A DNA stretch of 32,000 bases from Methanothermobacter thermautotrophicus str. Delta H (GCF_000008645.1 NC_000916.1:1-32000); one strand, 5' to 3'. Shown: positions 10,157-20,214, numbered from the stretch's first letter. Made by a program: numbers and translations. The notes: generated by a model not told the origin, from the sequence alone.

Positions 10157-10234
10157 AGCGAAAAAACTTTTTAAGGGGATACCTGAAATTTTTCGGGTTT
10201 ATCAGCAAATGCTGAATACAAGGAGGTTTCTTGA

Positions 10235-10681
10235 ATGAATCTTACTACTCAGAAGAGATTAGCTGCAGACATACTCAAGGTAGGGGTTAACAGGATATGG
10301 ATAGACCCTGAAAGGATCGATGAGGTTTCAAGGGCAATAACAAGGGACGGTGTGAAGCAGCTAATAAAGGATGGCGCAATAAAGGCCAAACCCAAGAAGG
10401 GTATAAGCAGCTACAGGTCAAAGAAGATAGCCCAGCAGAAGAAGAAGGGACGAAGAAGGGGACCTGGAAGTATAAAGGGTGCAAAGGGTGCCAGAAGGCC
10501 CAAAAAGGATGAGTGGATGACCACCATAAGGGCACTGAGAAAGGACCTCAAGGAGATGAGGGACAACCGCGAAATAAACAAGAGCACCTACCGTAAACTG
10601 TACAAGATGGCCAAGGGCGGAGCCTTTAAGAGCAAATCTTACATGAAGACCTATGCCCGGGACCACGACATGCTCAGGTAG
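10235..10681 (+). CDS. rpl19e: Ribosomal protein eL19
   Basis: 148 aa; TTQKRLAADILKVGVNRIWIDPERIDEV; AAGGAGG upstream. Confidence 0.98.
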   Translation: MNLTTQKRLAADILKVGVNRIWIDPERIDEVSRAITRDGVKQLIKDGAIKAKPKKGISSYRSKKIAQQKKKGRRRGPGSIKGAKGARRPKKDEWMTTIRALRKDLKEMRDNREINKSTYRKLYKMAKGGAFKSKSYMKTYARDHDMLR

Positions 10682-10692
10682 GAGGGATTTGA

Positions 10693-11271
10693 TTGGCACA
10701 TGGACCAAGATACAAGCTGGCATTTAGAAGAAGAAGGGAAGGTAAAACTGATTACCGGGCCCGCTACAAAATGGTAGAAACAGGTAAATCAAGGCTCGTC
10801 GTCAGGATAACGACATATCACGTTATTGCACAGATAATCAACGTGGGCATGAACGGAGACGAAACACTTGTCTCAGCCCACTCAAAACAGCTCCAGAAAA
10901 TGGGATGGCTTGGAGGTACAAGCAACACAGCAGCAGCCTACCTCACAGGTTACCTGTGCGGTAAAAGGGCTCTGAAGGAGGGTATAGAGGAGGCTGTCCT
11001 TGACATAGGACTGAGACCAGCCATCAGGGGCTCAAAGGTATTCGCTGCACTCAAGGGGGCTGTTGACGCAGGACTCAATGTACCCCACGGTGAATCAGTG
11101 CTGCCCGATGAATCAAGAATCAGGGGAGAACACATAATGGAGTACGCAGAATCCCTTGATGAGGAAGAACTCCGGAAGAGGTTTTCAAAGTACCTTGAAA
11201 GGGGTCTTTCCCCTGTGGATCTGCCGGAACACTTTGATGAAATCAAAAAGAGAATAGATGAAGAGGTATGA
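10693..11271 (+). CDS. rpl18: Ribosomal protein uL18
   Basis: 192 aa, TTG start; [25 protein letters not shown]. Confidence 0.98.
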   Translation: MAHGPRYKLAFRRRREGKTDYRARYKMVETGKSRLVVRITTYHVIAQIINVGMNGDETLVSAHSKQLQKMGWLGGTSNTAAAYLTGYLCGKRALKEGIEEAVLDIGLRPAIRGSKVFAALKGAVDAGLNVPHGESVLPDESRIRGEHIMEYAESLDEEELRKRFSKYLERGLSPVDLPEHFDEIKKRIDEEV

Positions 11272-11918
11272 TTATGAACTTCAACATGGAGGAATGGGAG
11301 CCAAGGACCCAGCTGGGACGCCTTGTAAAGGAGGGTGTCATAACAAGCATCGATGAGATCTTTGAAGAGGGACACCCCATAATGGAACTTGAGATAATCG
11401 ATGCACTGCTTCCTGACCTTGAGGAGGAAGTTATCGACGTCAACCTTGTCCAGAGGATGCACAAGTCAGGGAGAAAGGTTAACTTCAGGGTCATTGTTGC
11501 AGTTGGTAACAAGGACGGTTACGTCGGACTCGGGCAGGGTAAGGCAAGGGAGGTCGGTCCCGCCATCAGGAAGGCAGTTGACGATGCAAAGTTCAACATA
11601 ATAAAGGTCAGAAGAGGATGCGGTGACTGGGGATGTGTCTGTGGAAGGGAACACACCGTACCCTTCAAGGTCTCCGGTAAGAGCGGCAGTGTCCGCGTGA
11701 CCCTCATACCCGCACCTGGTGGTGTTGGACTCGCAATAGGTGACGTGGGCAAGACCATAATGAGACTTGCAGGTATAGACGATGTATGGTCACATACACG
11801 TGGACAGACACAGACCACAGTTAACTTCGCCAGGGCAACCTTCGACGCCCTCAAACAGCTGAGCAAAGTAAAGGCAAGCGAGAAGGACCTTAAGAACCTC
11901 GGTGTTTGCAGTACCTGA
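11268..11918 (+). CDS. rps5: Ribosomal protein uS5
   Basis: 216 aa; [35 protein letters not shown]-like core; ATGA overlap with uL18 stop. Confidence 0.98.
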   Translation: MIMNFNMEEWEPRTQLGRLVKEGVITSIDEIFEEGHPIMELEIIDALLPDLEEEVIDVNLVQRMHKSGRKVNFRVIVAVGNKDGYVGLGQGKAREVGPAIRKAVDDAKFNIIKVRRGCGDWGCVCGREHTVPFKVSGKSGSVRVTLIPAPGGVGLAIGDVGKTIMRLAGIDDVWSHTRGQTQTTVNFARATFDALKQLSKVKASEKDLKNLGVCST

Positions 11919-11930
11919 AGGTGATTCTAG

Positions 11931-12389
11931 ATGTTCGCAGTAGTAAGGGTAAGGGGATCAGCAGGTGTTCGAAGGGACATAGCTGACACCATGGAAATGT
12001 TAAGGCTCAACAGGATAAACCACGCCGTCCTGGTTGAGGACACACCCAGCTACCTTGGCATGCTCCAGAAGGCCAAGGACTACATAACCTGGGGTGAAGT
12101 CGACCAGGAAACCCTGACAGCCATGATAAGGAAGAGGGGAAGACTCATCGGGGGAGACAGGATAACCGATGAGTACATAAATGAGAAAACCGCTTACGGT
12201 TCCGTCGATGAGTTTGCTGCAGCCGTCTTCAGCGGCGAGGTTAAACTTGAGGAAGCAGGAATAAAACCTGTATTCAGACTGCACCCCCCAAGAAAGGGAT
12301 ACGAAGGCATAAAAAAGGCCTTCAATGAGGGCGGAAGCCTTGGATATCGCGGCGAAAAGATAAATGACCTTTTGAAAAGGATGATCTAG
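11931..12389 (+). CDS. rpl30: Ribosomal protein uL30
   Basis: 152 aa; [34 protein letters not shown]. Confidence 0.98.
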
Positions 12390-12401
12390 GAGGAATCACT
12401 C

Positions 12402-12842
12402 ATGATCAGAAAAAGACGAAAGATCACAAGGATGAGGGGCTCACGCACCGTCGGTGGAGGATGCTCCAAGAAGAGGAGGGGAGCAGGTCACCGCGGTGGT
12501 AGAGGACAGGCCGGTGGGCACAAACACCACTGGACATGGATAGTCAAGTACGACCCAAAACACTTCGGGAAATACGGCTTCAAGAGGCCCCAGAAACTCA
12601 TAAAGAGGCTGGAAACAGTTAACCTGGCCTACCTGGATGAAATGATACCAGAACTCCTTGAGAGGGGAGTTGCATCCGAGGAGGACGGAATGGTGGTGCT
12701 GGATGTCCGCGACCTTGGATTTGAAAAGGTCCTCGGAAGCGGAAGGATCACAAGGCCCGTCCATCTCAAGGCATACGAGTTCTCCAGGAGCGCCACCGAG
12801 AAGATCGAAGAGGCCGGAGGAAAGGCTGAAGTCATAGAGTGA
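12402..12842 (+). CDS. rpl15: Ribosomal protein uL15
   Basis: 146 aa; MRGSRTVGGGCSKKRRGAGHRGGRGQAGGHKHHW. Confidence 0.98.
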   Translation: MIRKRRKITRMRGSRTVGGGCSKKRRGAGHRGGRGQAGGHKHHWTWIVKYDPKHFGKYGFKRPQKLIKRLETVNLAYLDEMIPELLERGVASEEDGMVVLDVRDLGFEKVLGSGRITRPVHLKAYEFSRSATEKIEEAGGKAEVIE

Positions 12843-12867
12843 AACCAGCTGACAAGGAGTGGAGCAG

Positions 12868-14229
12868 TTGAAGGAAAAATTTGAACCCCTATTCTCAGTC
12901 CTGCCCCAGGTAAAGTCACCTGGTTACAGGGTTCCCTTCAGGGAGAAACTCAAATGGACGGGCATAATCCTTGTCCTTTATTTCTTCCTGGCCCAGATAC
13001 CCCTTTATGGTTTGAGTGCAAATGCAGTGGACCAGTTTGCCCAGTTCAGGGCTGTGCTCGCAGGAAACTTTGGTTCAATACTCACCCTGGGTATAGGTCC
13101 AATAGTATCAGCATCAATCATACTCCAGCTCCTGGTAGGGGGTAAGATCCTTAAACTTGACCTTTCGAGGCATGAGGATAAGGCGTTTTTCCAGGGACTG
13201 CAGAAGCTCCTTGCCATTGTATTCACATTCTTCGAGGCCCTGATATTCGTACTCACAGGGTCACTGGCACCATCAGCTCCACAGTTTGTCTGGGTCCTCA
13301 TACTCCAGCTCACCATCGGAGGGATACTGATAATATTCCTTGATGAGGTGGTTTCCAAGTGGGGATTCGGTAGCGGTGTCGGACTATTCATCGCAGCGGG
13401 AGTATCCCAGGAGATAATCGTGGGTGCATTCAACCCGCTCTCAGCACCCACCCAGCCAGGGGTGCCTGCAGGTAGAATAACAGGTTTCCTCTACCTCCTA
13501 TTCACAGGGCAGTCACCGGACTTCCAGTACTATGTGCTCCCTGTACTGGCCCTCATAGCTGTGTTCCTTGTGGTTGTATACGCGGAGAGTATGCGTGTTG
13601 AGATACCCATATCCATGGGTGGGGGTAAGAGGCTCTCAAGGGGTGCTGTTGGAAAGTATCCCCTCAGGTTCATATACGCAAGTAACATGCCGGTTATACT
13701 CACAAGCGCCCTCCTCCTCAACGTCCAGCTCCTTGCCAATGTCTTCCAGAAACTGGGATACCCCATACTGGGTACCGTCAGCAATGGACAGGCAGTTGAT
13801 GGGCTGGCATATCTCCTGACAGCCCCCAGGTCCATCGACGCCCTCATACTCGACCCCTTCAGGGTCGTCTTCTATGCGGTTGTATTCATCGGACTCTGTG
13901 TCCTCTTTGCCTGGCTCTGGGTTGAGATAAGTAACATCGGCCCGAGGCATGTTGCGAGGCAGCTGTACCAGATGGGTATGCAGATACCTGGCTTCAGGAG
14001 CAGCAGGGGCCAGTTTGAGAAGATACTTAAACGCTACATACCCACCATAACCATACTTGGTGGAGCATTTGTGGGGCTCCTTGCATTCGTGGCTGACCTC
14101 ACAGGTTCACTCGGTGGAGGAACAGGTGTACTTCTCACCGTGGGTATAGTTTACAGACTCTATGAGGAGATAGCCCAGGAACAGCTCATGGACATGCACC
14201 CGATACTTCGAAGCTTCCTGGGTGATTAG
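12868..14229 (+). CDS. secY: Preprotein translocase subunit SecY (Sec61 alpha)
   Basis: About 453 aa multi-TM protein, PLYGLSANAVDQFAQF...; TTG 12868 has AAGGAG at 8-nt spacing, whereas the track start GTG 12859 overlaps the SD. Confidence 0.97.
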   Translation: MKEKFEPLFSVLPQVKSPGYRVPFREKLKWTGIILVLYFFLAQIPLYGLSANAVDQFAQFRAVLAGNFGSILTLGIGPIVSASIILQLLVGGKILKLDLSRHEDKAFFQGLQKLLAIVFTFFEALIFVLTGSLAPSAPQFVWVLILQLTIGGILIIFLDEVVSKWGFGSGVGLFIAAGVSQEIIVGAFNPLSAPTQPGVPAGRITGFLYLLFTGQSPDFQYYVLPVLALIAVFLVVVYAESMRVEIPISMGGGKRLSRGAVGKYPLRFIYASNMPVILTSALLLNVQLLANVFQKLGYPILGTVSNGQAVDGLAYLLTAPRSIDALILDPFRVVFYAVVFIGLCVLFAWLWVEISNIGPRHVARQLYQMGMQIPGFRSSRGQFEKILKRYIPTITILGGAFVGLLAFVADLTGSLGGGTGVLLTVGIVYRLYEEIAQEQLMDMHPILRSFLGD

Positions 14230-14251
14230 AACTAAATTCGGAAGTGGTACC

Positions 14252-14809
14252 ATGAAGGTTGTTGTAGTTGCGGGAATACCTGGTTCAGGAAGCACAACGG
14301 TCCTTGAGAACACCCTTAAGGAGCTTGACTATCTCAATGTGAACTACGGGGACGTCATGCTTGAAATAGCGGTTGAGAAGGGCCTCGTTGAAAACAGGGA
14401 TCAGATGAGGACACTCCCACCTGAGGTTCAGAAGGATATACAGAGGGCTGCTGCGAAAAGTATAAGAGAAAGGTCACTGGAGAATAATATAATCGTCGAC
14501 ACACACTGCACCATAAAGACGCCCGCTGGTTTTCTGCCAGGTCTTCCAGTATGGGTACTTGAGGAACTGGAACCTGACATGTTTGTGCTTGTTGAAGCCG
14601 ATGCAGAGGAGATCTTCACAAGGAGAATAAGTGACAAAACAAGGGACAGGGATGTGGAGTCCCTGCAGGAGATTGACCTGCATCAGCAGATGAACAGGGC
14701 CGCTGCGATGGCCTATGCAACACTCACAGGCGCAACGGTTAAAATAGTTAAGAACCATAACAACCAGCTTGAGTCTGCAGTCAGTGAGATGAAAAGCGTT
14801 CTGGAGTAA
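14252..14809 (+). CDS. adkA: Archaeal adenylate kinase
   Basis: MKVVVVAGIPGSGSTTVLENTLKEL P-loop; start at 14252 chosen over track start 14222, which overlaps secY. Confidence 0.93.
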   Translation: MKVVVVAGIPGSGSTTVLENTLKELDYLNVNYGDVMLEIAVEKGLVENRDQMRTLPPEVQKDIQRAAAKSIRERSLENNIIVDTHCTIKTPAGFLPGLPVWVLEELEPDMFVLVEADAEEIFTRRISDKTRDRDVESLQEIDLHQQMNRAAAMAYATLTGATVKIVKNHNNQLESAVSEMKSVLE

Positions 14810-14827
14810 GGTAAAGAGGAAAATAAA

Positions 14828-15394
14828 ATGGTGCTTGAAATTGTTTACGGGGCGCTGAATGCTGTTTTCGGCCCATTCATTGCAATGGACCCGAATCCAC
14901 AGAACCCCATCTTAACGGTTTTCCTGATATCGGCCATCGTGGCCTTCGTAATAACCCTGGCCAACAAGCTCCTTGTGGACCAGGAGAGGCTGGAGGAACT
15001 CAAGGTTGAGATGCAGGAATTCCAGCAGGAAATGATGGAGGCAAGGAAGAAGAATGACATGGCTGCACTGGAGGAGATCCAGAAGAAACAGATGGAGTTC
15101 ATGGATAAGCAGCGCGAAATGATGACCATGTCATTCAAGCCGATGATAGTCACATTCATACCAATAATCCTTGTCTTCTACTGGATGGGACAGGAGCCAC
15201 ACATAGTCAATACACTGGTCATATTACCCCAGATTGCATACTACGTCCTCCTTGTCCCCCTGTGGCACATGTTCTATGGCATGCCACCAAACGCCCCATC
15301 CTATGCCATAGGATGGCTCGGATGGTACATATTATGCTCCTTTGCCATGTCCCAGATATTCAGGAAATTCATGGGACTTAAAGGTGGAATGTAA
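14828..15394 (+). CDS. DUF106 / EMC3-TMCO1-like (Oxa1/YidC superfamily) membrane protein
   Basis: 188 aa; TM - coiled coil (LEELKVEMQEFQQEMMEARKKNDMAALEEIQKKQMEFMDKQREMM) - TM - TM; position next to secY/adk. Confidence 0.88.
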   Translation: MVLEIVYGALNAVFGPFIAMDPNPQNPILTVFLISAIVAFVITLANKLLVDQERLEELKVEMQEFQQEMMEARKKNDMAALEEIQKKQMEFMDKQREMMTMSFKPMIVTFIPIILVFYWMGQEPHIVNTLVILPQIAYYVLLVPLWHMFYGMPPNAPSYAIGWLGWYILCSFAMSQIFRKFMGLKGGM

Positions 15395-15412
15395 GGTTAT
15401 GGAGAGATAAAA

Positions 15413-15679
15413 ATGCCAGAGTTAAGATACAGATCCAGATCATATAAGAGAATCTTCAAGAAAACACCTGGAGGAAGGACAGTTACCCATTACCGCAGAA
15501 AGAAACCTTCAAAGCATGTATGTGCTGGCTGCGGAAAGCCACTCCACGGTGTTCCAAGAGGAAGACCCTACGAGATAAGAAAACTCTCAAAATCCAAGAA
15601 GAGGCCCAACCGACCATACGGTGGTTACTACTGCTCAAGCTGCGCACGCAAAGTCTTTAAAAAAGAGGCAAGGTCATAA
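15413..15679 (+). CDS. rpl34e: Ribosomal protein eL34
   Basis: 88 aa; [50 protein letters not shown]. Confidence 0.97.
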
Positions 15680-16164
15680 TGATCATAACCATCGGTGGTC
15701 TGGCAGGAACCGGCACAACGACAGTCGCCAGGATACTCTCTGAGAGGATGGGTATCCCCTGTGTATCTGCTGGAGATGTCTTCAGGCAGATGGCTGCTGA
15801 GAGGGAACTTGACATCCTTGAATTCAGCAGGATTGCAGAGGAAAACCCTGAAATTGACATTGAAATTGACAGGAGACAGGCCAGACTTGCAGATGAACAC
15901 GAGGACCTCATACTTGAGGGCAGACTCTCTGCCCACTTCGCAAGGGCCGACCTTAAGGTGCTCCTCATAGCGCCCTTCGATGTCAGGGCCCAGCGCATAA
16001 GTGTCCGGGAATCAAAGGACATAGAGACGGTCAGAGAGGAGATCCGGATACGTGAGAGGAGCGAGGCCCAGAGGTACAGGGAGATTCATGGAATAGATGT
16101 GGATGACCTTGAGGTATATGACATTGTGATAAACACCAACCGTTTTGACGCCGAGGCTAGCTGA
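15679..16164 (+). CDS. cmk: Cytidylate kinase (C-terminus apparently cut short by a frame change)
   Basis: 161 aa; [39 protein letters not shown]; reading frame closes at 16164, while 16160-16195 in another frame encodes [11 protein letters not shown]. Confidence 0.93.
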   Translation: MIITIGGLAGTGTTTVARILSERMGIPCVSAGDVFRQMAAERELDILEFSRIAEENPEIDIEIDRRQARLADEHEDLILEGRLSAHFARADLKVLLIAPFDVRAQRISVRESKDIETVREEIRIRERSEAQRYREIHGIDVDDLEVYDIVINTNRFDAEAS

Positions 16165-16194
16165 CATCATACTAAAAGTTACTGAGGTGATTTA

Positions 16195-16422
16195 ATGGCA
16201 GCAATAGAAGTTGGAAGAGTATGTGTAAAAACCGCAGGAAGAGAAGCCGGTGAAAATGGCGTGATACTCGATATCATCGACAAAAACTTCGTTGAAGTTG
16301 TGGGTGTTAACGTTAAAAATAGAAGGTGCAACGTGAGCCACCTCGAACCCACTGAGAATAAGATAGAACTCAAGTCAGATGATATTGAGGAGATAAAGAA
16401 GGAACTTGAATCCCTGGAATAA
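16195..16422 (+). CDS. rpl14e: Ribosomal protein eL14
   Basis: 75 aa; [37 protein letters not shown]. Confidence 0.96.
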   Translation: MAAIEVGRVCVKTAGREAGENGVILDIIDKNFVEVVGVNVKNRRCNVSHLEPTENKIELKSDDIEEIKKELESLE

Positions 16423-16451
16423 ACTCACCTCTTTTTTTGCAGGTATCCCTC

Positions 16452-17411
16452 ATGGCAAACTTCATTGAACTAAAGGAGGCCACCACAAACCCTGACTACG
16501 GGTGCCCACCGGCTGAACGGGACATTGAGGCCCATATATCCATGGGTGTTGTGAACCTTGATAAACCCTCAGGTCCAACATCCCATCAGGTGGATTCATG
16601 GGTCAGGGACATGCTCCACGTGGAGAAGGTGGGACACGGCGGCACACTCGACCCGAAGGTTACTGGTGTGCTCCCCCTGGGAATAGACAGGGCCACCAGG
16701 GTCATGCAGCTCCTCCTGGAGGCTCCTAAGGAGTACGTTTGCCTCATGAGGGTCCACAGGGAGGTGGATGAGGAAAGAATAAGGGAGGTCCTGGGGGAAT
16801 TTCAGGGGAAGATATTCCAGATACCCCCACTCAAATCCGCAGTTAAAAGGGATCTCCGCGTCAGAACAATCTACCGTGTGGATATACTGGAGGTGGATGG
16901 TCAGGATGTTCTCTTCAGGATAGCCTGTGAGGCGGGGACCTATGTGAGAAAGTACTGCCACGATGTTGGCGAGGCCCTTGGTGCAGGTGCCCACATGGCT
17001 GAACTCAGACGCACAGCCGTGGGACCCTTCACAGAGGAGGGCCTTGTGACACTCCATGATCTCAAGGACGCATACCAGTTCTGGGTTGAGGATGGAGATG
17101 AGACCTTCCTGAGGGAGTGCATCCTCCCCATGGAGTTTGCAGTGGGTCACCTCCCCCGTGTGGTTATCCTGGACTCGGCGGTTGATGCAATATGCCATGG
17201 CGCTGATCTTGCACGTGGCGGTATAGCCGGACTGGATGATAACATAGCCTGGGGGGACACCGTCGCCATAATGACCCTCAAGGGCGAACTGGTGGGTGTT
17301 GGCGAGGCATCCATGTCTGCACTGGATATTGCAGCGGCAGATGGTGGTCTTGTTATTGAAACCCGCAAGGTCTTCATGGAACCGGGAACCTACCCGAGGA
17401 TGTGGCGCTAG
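16452..17411 (+). CDS. cbf5: tRNA/rRNA pseudouridine synthase Cbf5 (TruB family, H/ACA catalytic subunit)
   Basis: 319 aa; MGVVNLDKPSGPTSHQVDSWVRDMLHVEKVGHGGTLDPKVTGVLPLGI; ATG 16452 after AGGT. Confidence 0.97.
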   Translation: MANFIELKEATTNPDYGCPPAERDIEAHISMGVVNLDKPSGPTSHQVDSWVRDMLHVEKVGHGGTLDPKVTGVLPLGIDRATRVMQLLLEAPKEYVCLMRVHREVDEERIREVLGEFQGKIFQIPPLKSAVKRDLRVRTIYRVDILEVDGQDVLFRIACEAGTYVRKYCHDVGEALGAGAHMAELRRTAVGPFTEEGLVTLHDLKDAYQFWVEDGDETFLRECILPMEFAVGHLPRVVILDSAVDAICHGADLARGGIAGLDDNIAWGDTVAIMTLKGELVGVGEASMSALDIAAADGGLVIETRKVFMEPGTYPRMWR

Positions 17412-17429
17412 AAACCGACGGCAGCAATA

Positions 17430-17438
17430 CTTAAATAG
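17430..17438 (+). promoter_or_regulatory. Candidate TATA-like element (CTTAAATAG) upstream of tRNA-Ser
   Basis: AT-rich element about 40 bp upstream of the tRNA 5' end in the 61-bp gap after cbf5. Confidence 0.35.
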
Positions 17439-17472
17439 ATGTCATAATATACAGTTATATGATACATCCTGT

Positions 17473-17557
<85 letters not shown>

Positions 17558-17597
17558 TCGGTTAAAGCAACCCTGTTGCACCTACGACTCTTATGAA

Positions 17598-17626
17598 GAA
17601 TTCGCAAACCCCCGTCCCGCGAATTC
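17598..17626 (+). repeat. Perfect 8-bp inverted repeat upstream of uS13
   Basis: GAATTCGC (17598-17605), 13-nt loop AAACCCCCGTCCC, GCGAATTC (17619-17626). Confidence 0.85.
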
Positions 17627-17647
17627 ACTCTTACTGGAGGTTAATGA

Positions 17648-18097
17648 ATGGAAGAAGAATTCAAACATATGGTTCGTATTGCCAGAAAGGACATTGATGG
17701 TAATAAGACCATGGAAAATGCCCTTACAAGTATAAAGGGCGTTGGTAAGGCTCTTTCAAGGGCAATAATCATGTCAGCAGGATACGATCTCAATCAGAGA
17801 ATAGGCTACCTTTCCGATGAGGAAATAGAGAGACTTGAAGAGGCCATAAAGAACCCTGCCAAGTATAACATCCCATCATGGATGATCAACAGGCGTAACG
17901 ATTACGAGACAGGCGAGGACAAGCACCTCATAGAATCTGACCTCGAAATGTGCCTCAGAGAGGACCTCAACAGGATGAGGAAAACAAGGAGCTACAAGGG
18001 AAGGAGACACGAACTTGGACTACCTGTCAGGGGACAGAGGACAAAGTCAACATTTAGGAAAGGCTCCTCAGTTGGTGTGAGAAGGAAGAAGAGATAG
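17648..18097 (+). CDS. rps13: Ribosomal protein uS13
   Basis: 149 aa; [29 protein letters not shown]. Confidence 0.98.
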   Translation: MEEEFKHMVRIARKDIDGNKTMENALTSIKGVGKALSRAIIMSAGYDLNQRIGYLSDEEIERLEEAIKNPAKYNIPSWMINRRNDYETGEDKHLIESDLEMCLREDLNRMRKTRSYKGRRHELGLPVRGQRTKSTFRKGSSVGVRRKKR

Positions 18098-18113
18098 TTA
18101 AGGAGATGTTAAA

Positions 18114-18629
18114 ATGGGACACCCACGTAAGGCAAGGAAAAAGTATGATACTCCACCTCACCCATGGAACGCTGAAAGAATAAAGGAAGAAAACAGGCTC
18201 GTGGCAAAATACGGCCTCAAGAACAAGAAGGAAGTCTGGAAAGCAGAGACAATGGTGAGGAGATACAGGAGGGACGCAAGGTACCTCCTTGGTATGGCCA
18301 GTGAACACACAGGGAAGGAGAGGGAACAGCTCCTGGGCCACCTCGTCAGGACAGGAATACTCAACGAGGGCGCCAAACTCGAGGACGTCCTGGACCTCAC
18401 AGTGGAGGACGTGCTCAGGAGAAGACTCCAGACACTGGTCCACAAGAGGGGACTTGCAAGGACCGTGAAGGAGGCCAGGCAGATGGTCATCCACGGCCAC
18501 ATAGCCCTTGACGGAAGGAAGATCGACGCCCCGGGATACATAGTTAAAAGGGGAGAAGAGGATAAGATAGGGTTCTACCCATCATCCCCAATGAAAAAAC
18601 AGATAGAAGCAGCCCAGGACGCTGAATAA
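18114..18629 (+). CDS. rps4: Ribosomal protein uS4
   Basis: 171 aa; [26 protein letters not shown]. Confidence 0.98.
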   Translation: MGHPRKARKKYDTPPHPWNAERIKEENRLVAKYGLKNKKEVWKAETMVRRYRRDARYLLGMASEHTGKEREQLLGHLVRTGILNEGAKLEDVLDLTVEDVLRRRLQTLVHKRGLARTVKEARQMVIHGHIALDGRKIDAPGYIVKRGEEDKIGFYPSSPMKKQIEAAQDAE

Positions 18630-18646
18630 TTTCAGGGAGAGATAAA

Positions 18647-19039
18647 ATGGCTGAGAAGGAAAAATGGGGAATTGCAAATATTTACTCATCATTCAACAAC
18701 ACAATAATCACCATCACAGACATAACCGGTGCAGAGACCATAACACAGTGGTCCGGTGGTAAGGTTGTGAGGGCGGACCGTCAGGAGTCCTCACCCTTCG
18801 CTGCAATGGAGGCCGCAACAAGGGCAGCTGATGATGCAAAGGAGAAGGGCATCGTCGGCCTGCACATAAAGGTCAGGGCTCCTGGTGGAAACGGTCCAAG
18901 GACACCCGGACCAGGTGCACAGGCAGCCATAAGGGCACTGGCAAGGGCTGGAATGAGGATAGGTAAAATTGAGGATGTAACTCCCATACCTCACGATGGA
19001 ACAGGTAGACCTGGAGGTAAGAGGGGAAGAAGGGTCTAA
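18647..19039 (+). CDS. rps11: Ribosomal protein uS11
   Basis: 130 aa; [34 protein letters not shown]. Confidence 0.98.
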   Translation: MAEKEKWGIANIYSSFNNTIITITDITGAETITQWSGGKVVRADRQESSPFAAMEAATRAADDAKEKGIVGLHIKVRAPGGNGPRTPGPGAQAAIRALARAGMRIGKIEDVTPIPHDGTGRPGGKRGRRV

Positions 19040-19040
19040 A

Positions 19041-19835
19041 ATGGATATTGCTCTTAAGGAAAAAACTGATACCGAAATGGTCTTTGTGGTCAGCGGCGTC
19101 ACGGTTCCATTCATAAACGCCATAAGGAGGATCTGCATGATGGAGGTCCCCAAACTGGCAATTGAGTACGTCAACATGTACAGGAACGACGCCAAGATGT
19201 TCGATGAGGTACTGGCCCACAGGCTGGGGCTTGTACCCCTTGCAGCTGACCCTGAATTTGCTGAATCCCTTAAAATGCCTGAGGAGTGCGACTGTGAGGA
19301 GTACTGCTCAGAGTGCAGTGTATCCCTCACCCTCAGGAAGAAGGGCCCGGGTGTTGTTTACTCAGGGGATCTTGTTTCAGAAACACCCGCAGTTAAACCG
19401 GTTTACCCTGACATTCCCCTTGTGAAGCTTGGAGATGATGATGAGCTTGAACTGGAGGCCGTCGCACAGCTGGGTGTGGGAAGGGAACATGCGAAATGGG
19501 AACCCACCACAGCATGCGCATACAAATACTACCCCAGGATAGAGTTCAGTGAAGACTGTGACGAGTGCCTTGAATGCATCGAGGCATGCCCGAGGGATGT
19601 TCTTGGAGAGGAATCAGGTAAACCCGTGGTTGTTGACCTTGAAAACTGTTCAATGTGCAAGAGCTGTGTCAGGGCATGTGATAAGAGGGCCATAGATGTG
19701 GGATACGAGGAAGGCAAGTTCATATTCAGGATAGAGACCGACGGATCAGTTGACCCAAAGGATGTTCTCCTTAAGGCCTGTGACATCCTCAGGGACAAGG
19801 CAGAGCAGGTAATAACATTTTGTGAAGGAGGCTAA
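19041..19835 (+). CDS. rpoD: DNA-directed RNA polymerase subunit D with two [4Fe-4S]-type cysteine motifs
   Basis: 264 aa from ATG 19041 (track start 18996 overlaps uS11); VTVPFINAIRRICMMEVPKLAIE; CDECLECIEACP and CSMCKSCVRAC. Confidence 0.96.
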   Translation: MDIALKEKTDTEMVFVVSGVTVPFINAIRRICMMEVPKLAIEYVNMYRNDAKMFDEVLAHRLGLVPLAADPEFAESLKMPEECDCEEYCSECSVSLTLRKKGPGVVYSGDLVSETPAVKPVYPDIPLVKLGDDDELELEAVAQLGVGREHAKWEPTTACAYKYYPRIEFSEDCDECLECIEACPRDVLGEESGKPVVVDLENCSMCKSCVRACDKRAIDVGYEEGKFIFRIETDGSVDPKDVLLKACDILRDKAEQVITFCEGG

Positions 19836-19838
19836 CCA

Positions 19839-20204
19839 ATGGTAAGGAAGATTACCAAGACGAATCCCAATCTTATAAAACTCATACGTAATCTCAGGAA
19901 AAAATCATCCCAGGAAGGCGCAGCAATCTGGAAGGACGTTGCAAGGAGACTCGAAAGGCCCACAAGGAACAGGGCTGCAGTCAATATATCCAAGATAAAC
20001 AGGCACTCCGATGAGGATGAAACAGTTCTCGTGCCTGGAAAGGTCCTTGGAAGCGGAAACCTTGACCACAGGGTCCAGGTTGTTGCCCTGTCATTTTCAC
20101 AGACAGCAAGGGATAAGATCGAGAGGGCCGGGGGAGAGTGCCTGACACTCGGAAAAATTGTTGAAGAGAACCCGGCCATTAAGAACATAAAGATAATAGA
20201 ATAA
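19839..20204 (+). CDS. rpl18e: Ribosomal protein eL18
   Basis: 121 aa; [33 protein letters not shown]. Confidence 0.97.
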   Translation: MVRKITKTNPNLIKLIRNLRKKSSQEGAAIWKDVARRLERPTRNRAAVNISKINRHSDEDETVLVPGKVLGSGNLDHRVQVVALSFSQTARDKIERAGGECLTLGKIVEENPAIKNIKIIE

Positions 20205-20214
20205 GGTGTTGCTC

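Noticed and set aside
12954-13050. Possible frameshift in secY suggested by overlapping ORF
   Set aside because: The SecY frame is continuous from 12868 to 14229 with plausible TM segments throughout.
12954-13145. 63-aa + strand ORF within secY
   Set aside because: Out-of-frame inside SecY with no family match.
18791-19330. 179-aa minus-strand ORF
   Set aside because: Antisense to uS11 and rpoD; cysteine-rich end simply mirrors the opposite-strand sequence.
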